A stretch of 21,841 bases of DNA from Minisyncoccota bacterium. GTDB lineage: Bacteria > Patescibacteriota > Minisyncoccia > Phycocordibacterales > Phycocordibacteraceae. Below the pieces are notes generated by a model. It had not been told where the DNA came from. It saw nothing but the letters and a program-made list of their open reading frames with translations, and did no database searches. Shown in pieces: positions 20,679 to 21,841 of the stretch; the stretch's first letter is position 1; the number at the start of each line of letters is the position of its first letter. The stretch spans positions 1 through 21,841 of the forward strand of contig JBAYJI010000011.1 of assembly GCA_041665205.1 (NCBI GenBank), read 5' to 3'. Position numbers and translations under genes: made by a program.

Positions 20679-21233
20679 ATGTCCGGACACAGTAAGTGGT
20701 CTCAGATAAAACGCCAAAAGGCTGTCACCGACTCAGCAAGGAGCCGTGTCTTCTCGCGCTACGCGCGCCTGATTGCGATGGAGTCGAAGAAGGCGAACGG
20801 TATCCTCTCTGCCCCCGGTCTCGCCGTCGCGATTAGCCGCGCCAAGGCGGCGAACATGCCTAAGGACAATATCGAACGCGCAATCGCGAAGGGCGCTTCA
20901 AAGGATTCTGGAGAACTTATCACGGTGGTCTACGAGGCGTACGGGCCGGGCGGCGTCGCGATCCTTGTCGAGGCACTCACCGACAACAAGAACCGCACGA
21001 TACAAGAGATAAAGCATCTGCTCGTACTCCAAGGGGTCGAGCTCGCCGCCCCCGGTGCCGCAAGCTGGGCCTTCACCAAGGTGGGCGTCAACTACCTCCC
21101 GAACGAGCCGCTTATCGATGTCGCCGGTCCTGACGAAGAGAAGCTCGGCGCTATTCTCGAAGCGCTCGATGAACACGAAGACGTCCAGCAAGTCTTCACC
21201 AATGCGCGCGGCTATGAGGATACTGGCGATTGA
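20679..21233 (+). CDS. yebC: YebC/PmpR-family protein, shortened (184 aa)
   Basis: MSGHSKWSQIKRQKAVTDSARSRVFSR...NMPKDNIERAI...YEAYGPGGVAILVEALTDNKNRT. About 55-60 residues shorter than typical family members. Confidence 0.85.
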   Translation: MSGHSKWSQIKRQKAVTDSARSRVFSRYARLIAMESKKANGILSAPGLAVAISRAKAANMPKDNIERAIAKGASKDSGELITVVYEAYGPGGVAILVEALTDNKNRTIQEIKHLLVLQGVELAAPGAASWAFTKVGVNYLPNEPLIDVAGPDEEKLGAILEALDEHEDVQQVFTNARGYEDTGD

Positions 21234-21690
21234 CCCGGGGTACGACCGGCTCGGCATCGCCATTATCGAAGGAGATCCGTCGCGCCCTACGCTCCTCATG
21301 AGCGGATGCGTACAGCCAGAGAAGGGTGCGCGCGAAGACCGTCTCGCAGAAGTCTCGCAAGCGGTGACGGATGCGATACGCGACTACGCCCCCGACGCGC
21401 TTGCGATCGAGACACTCTTCTTCAGCGTGAACAAGAAGACCGCACTCGGTGTCGCCGAGGCCCGCGGCACCGTCCTCGCTGCCGCGGGCCTCGCCTCTCT
21501 CCCGGTCATAGAGTGCTCACCTCAGCAGGTGAAGCTCGCCGTCACGGGCCATGGCGGGGCCACGAAGGCCTCGATCGCGATGATGATCCCCCGCCTCCTC
21601 TCCCTCCCTCCGAAGAAGCGCCTCGACGACGAGCTCGACGCGATCGCGATCGGTATTACCGCCCTCTCCTCCGGCCTCACGCGGCACTAA
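21214..21690 (+). CDS. ruvC: Crossover junction endodeoxyribonuclease RuvC
   Basis: MRILAIDPGYDRLGIAII...AIETLFF...ARGTVLAA...SPQQVKLAVTGHGGATK...DELDAIAIG. Start set at the ATG at 21214, overlapping yebC by 20 nt. Confidence 0.9.
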   Translation: MRILAIDPGYDRLGIAIIEGDPSRPTLLMSGCVQPEKGAREDRLAEVSQAVTDAIRDYAPDALAIETLFFSVNKKTALGVAEARGTVLAAAGLASLPVIECSPQQVKLAVTGHGGATKASIAMMIPRLLSLPPKKRLDDELDAIAIGITALSSGLTRH

Positions 21691-21748
21691 TCCACAACCC
21701 GAGCGAGAAATACTTGCGCGAATAAAATTTTTTGGTACATATATCCAT

Positions 21749-21841
21749 ATGATGGACGACGATATCTTCGACGAGAGCCTTATCGAGAACGAGGCTGAGA
21801 GCCTCGTTCTCGAAGAGGAGGCGGAAGAGGAATCATATTAA
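21749..21841 (+). CDS. Possible 30-aa highly acidic micro-ORF (MMDDDIFDESLIENEAESLVLEEEAEEESY)
   Basis: The ATG is preceded by TACATA with 7-nt spacing (TTGCGC-16-TACATA). The in-frame TAA falls exactly at the window end. There is no other support. Confidence 0.25.
   Translation: MMDDDIFDESLIENEAESLVLEEEAEEESY

Noticed and set aside
1-21841. Alternative genetic code (UGA recoding, as in some CPR lineages).
   Set aside because: All recognised genes are full-length under the standard bacterial code, with TGA used as a genuine stop in the ATGA overlaps (pilN/pilO, pilO/orf102, ruvA/murE-like). Nothing in the window requires recoding.

Overview
This is a gene-dense, high-GC chromosomal segment. 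Hand counts give 56-65% GC in core genes. It most likely comes from a reduced-genome bacterium of the Candidate Phyla Radiation/Patescibacteria (Parcubacteria-like). That placement is an inference from gene content: a DUF5652-like small membrane protein, a membrane-anchored lamin-tail-domain protein, pilMNO and pilB without outer-membrane partners, a short HolA, a MurE-like ligase lacking its N-terminal domain, a 184-aa mini-YebC, and tRNAs embedded in protein operons.

Supported content:
- 8 tRNAs: Leu-GAG, Val-TAC, Leu-CAG, Arg-TCT, Ser-TGA, Arg-GCG, Arg-CCG, Lys-TTT.
- Minus-strand run: rplS, an RluA-family pseudouridine synthase, uppS, and a translationally coupled pilM-pilN-pilO-orf102 block, preceded by a tRNA-binding (CsaA/EMAP-like) protein and ruvX.
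- rpsT, then ruvA overlapping a MurE-like ligase.
- A tsaE-polA-holA-NUDIX operon.
- pilB.
- ruvB-yebC-ruvC.

No rRNA, CRISPR array, integrase or transposase is visible.

Loci that stand out:
1. A 22-bp att-like duplication of the tRNA-Arg(CCG) 3' end, enclosing a 145-bp highly structured module. It sits next to an AT-rich start-less relic of an endonuclease-like ORF.
2. An orphan island between pilB and ruvB (about 18.0-19.7 kb). It has two convergent unknown genes and, between their terminators, a perfect 28-bp palindrome plus a nested TAACG/CGTTA inverted-repeat array.
3. A NUDIX gene at about 33% GC grafted onto the end of the polA-holA operon.
4. A consistent split in translation-initiation signals. 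Operon-leading housekeeping genes have a -10 hexamer 6-10 nt before the start codon and no SD (leaderless-type). Five lineage-specific orphan genes carry strong AGGAGG sites.
5. Phased TAG heptad repeats in front of the lamin-tail-domain gene.

All family calls rest on motifs recognised by eye. No database search was possible.
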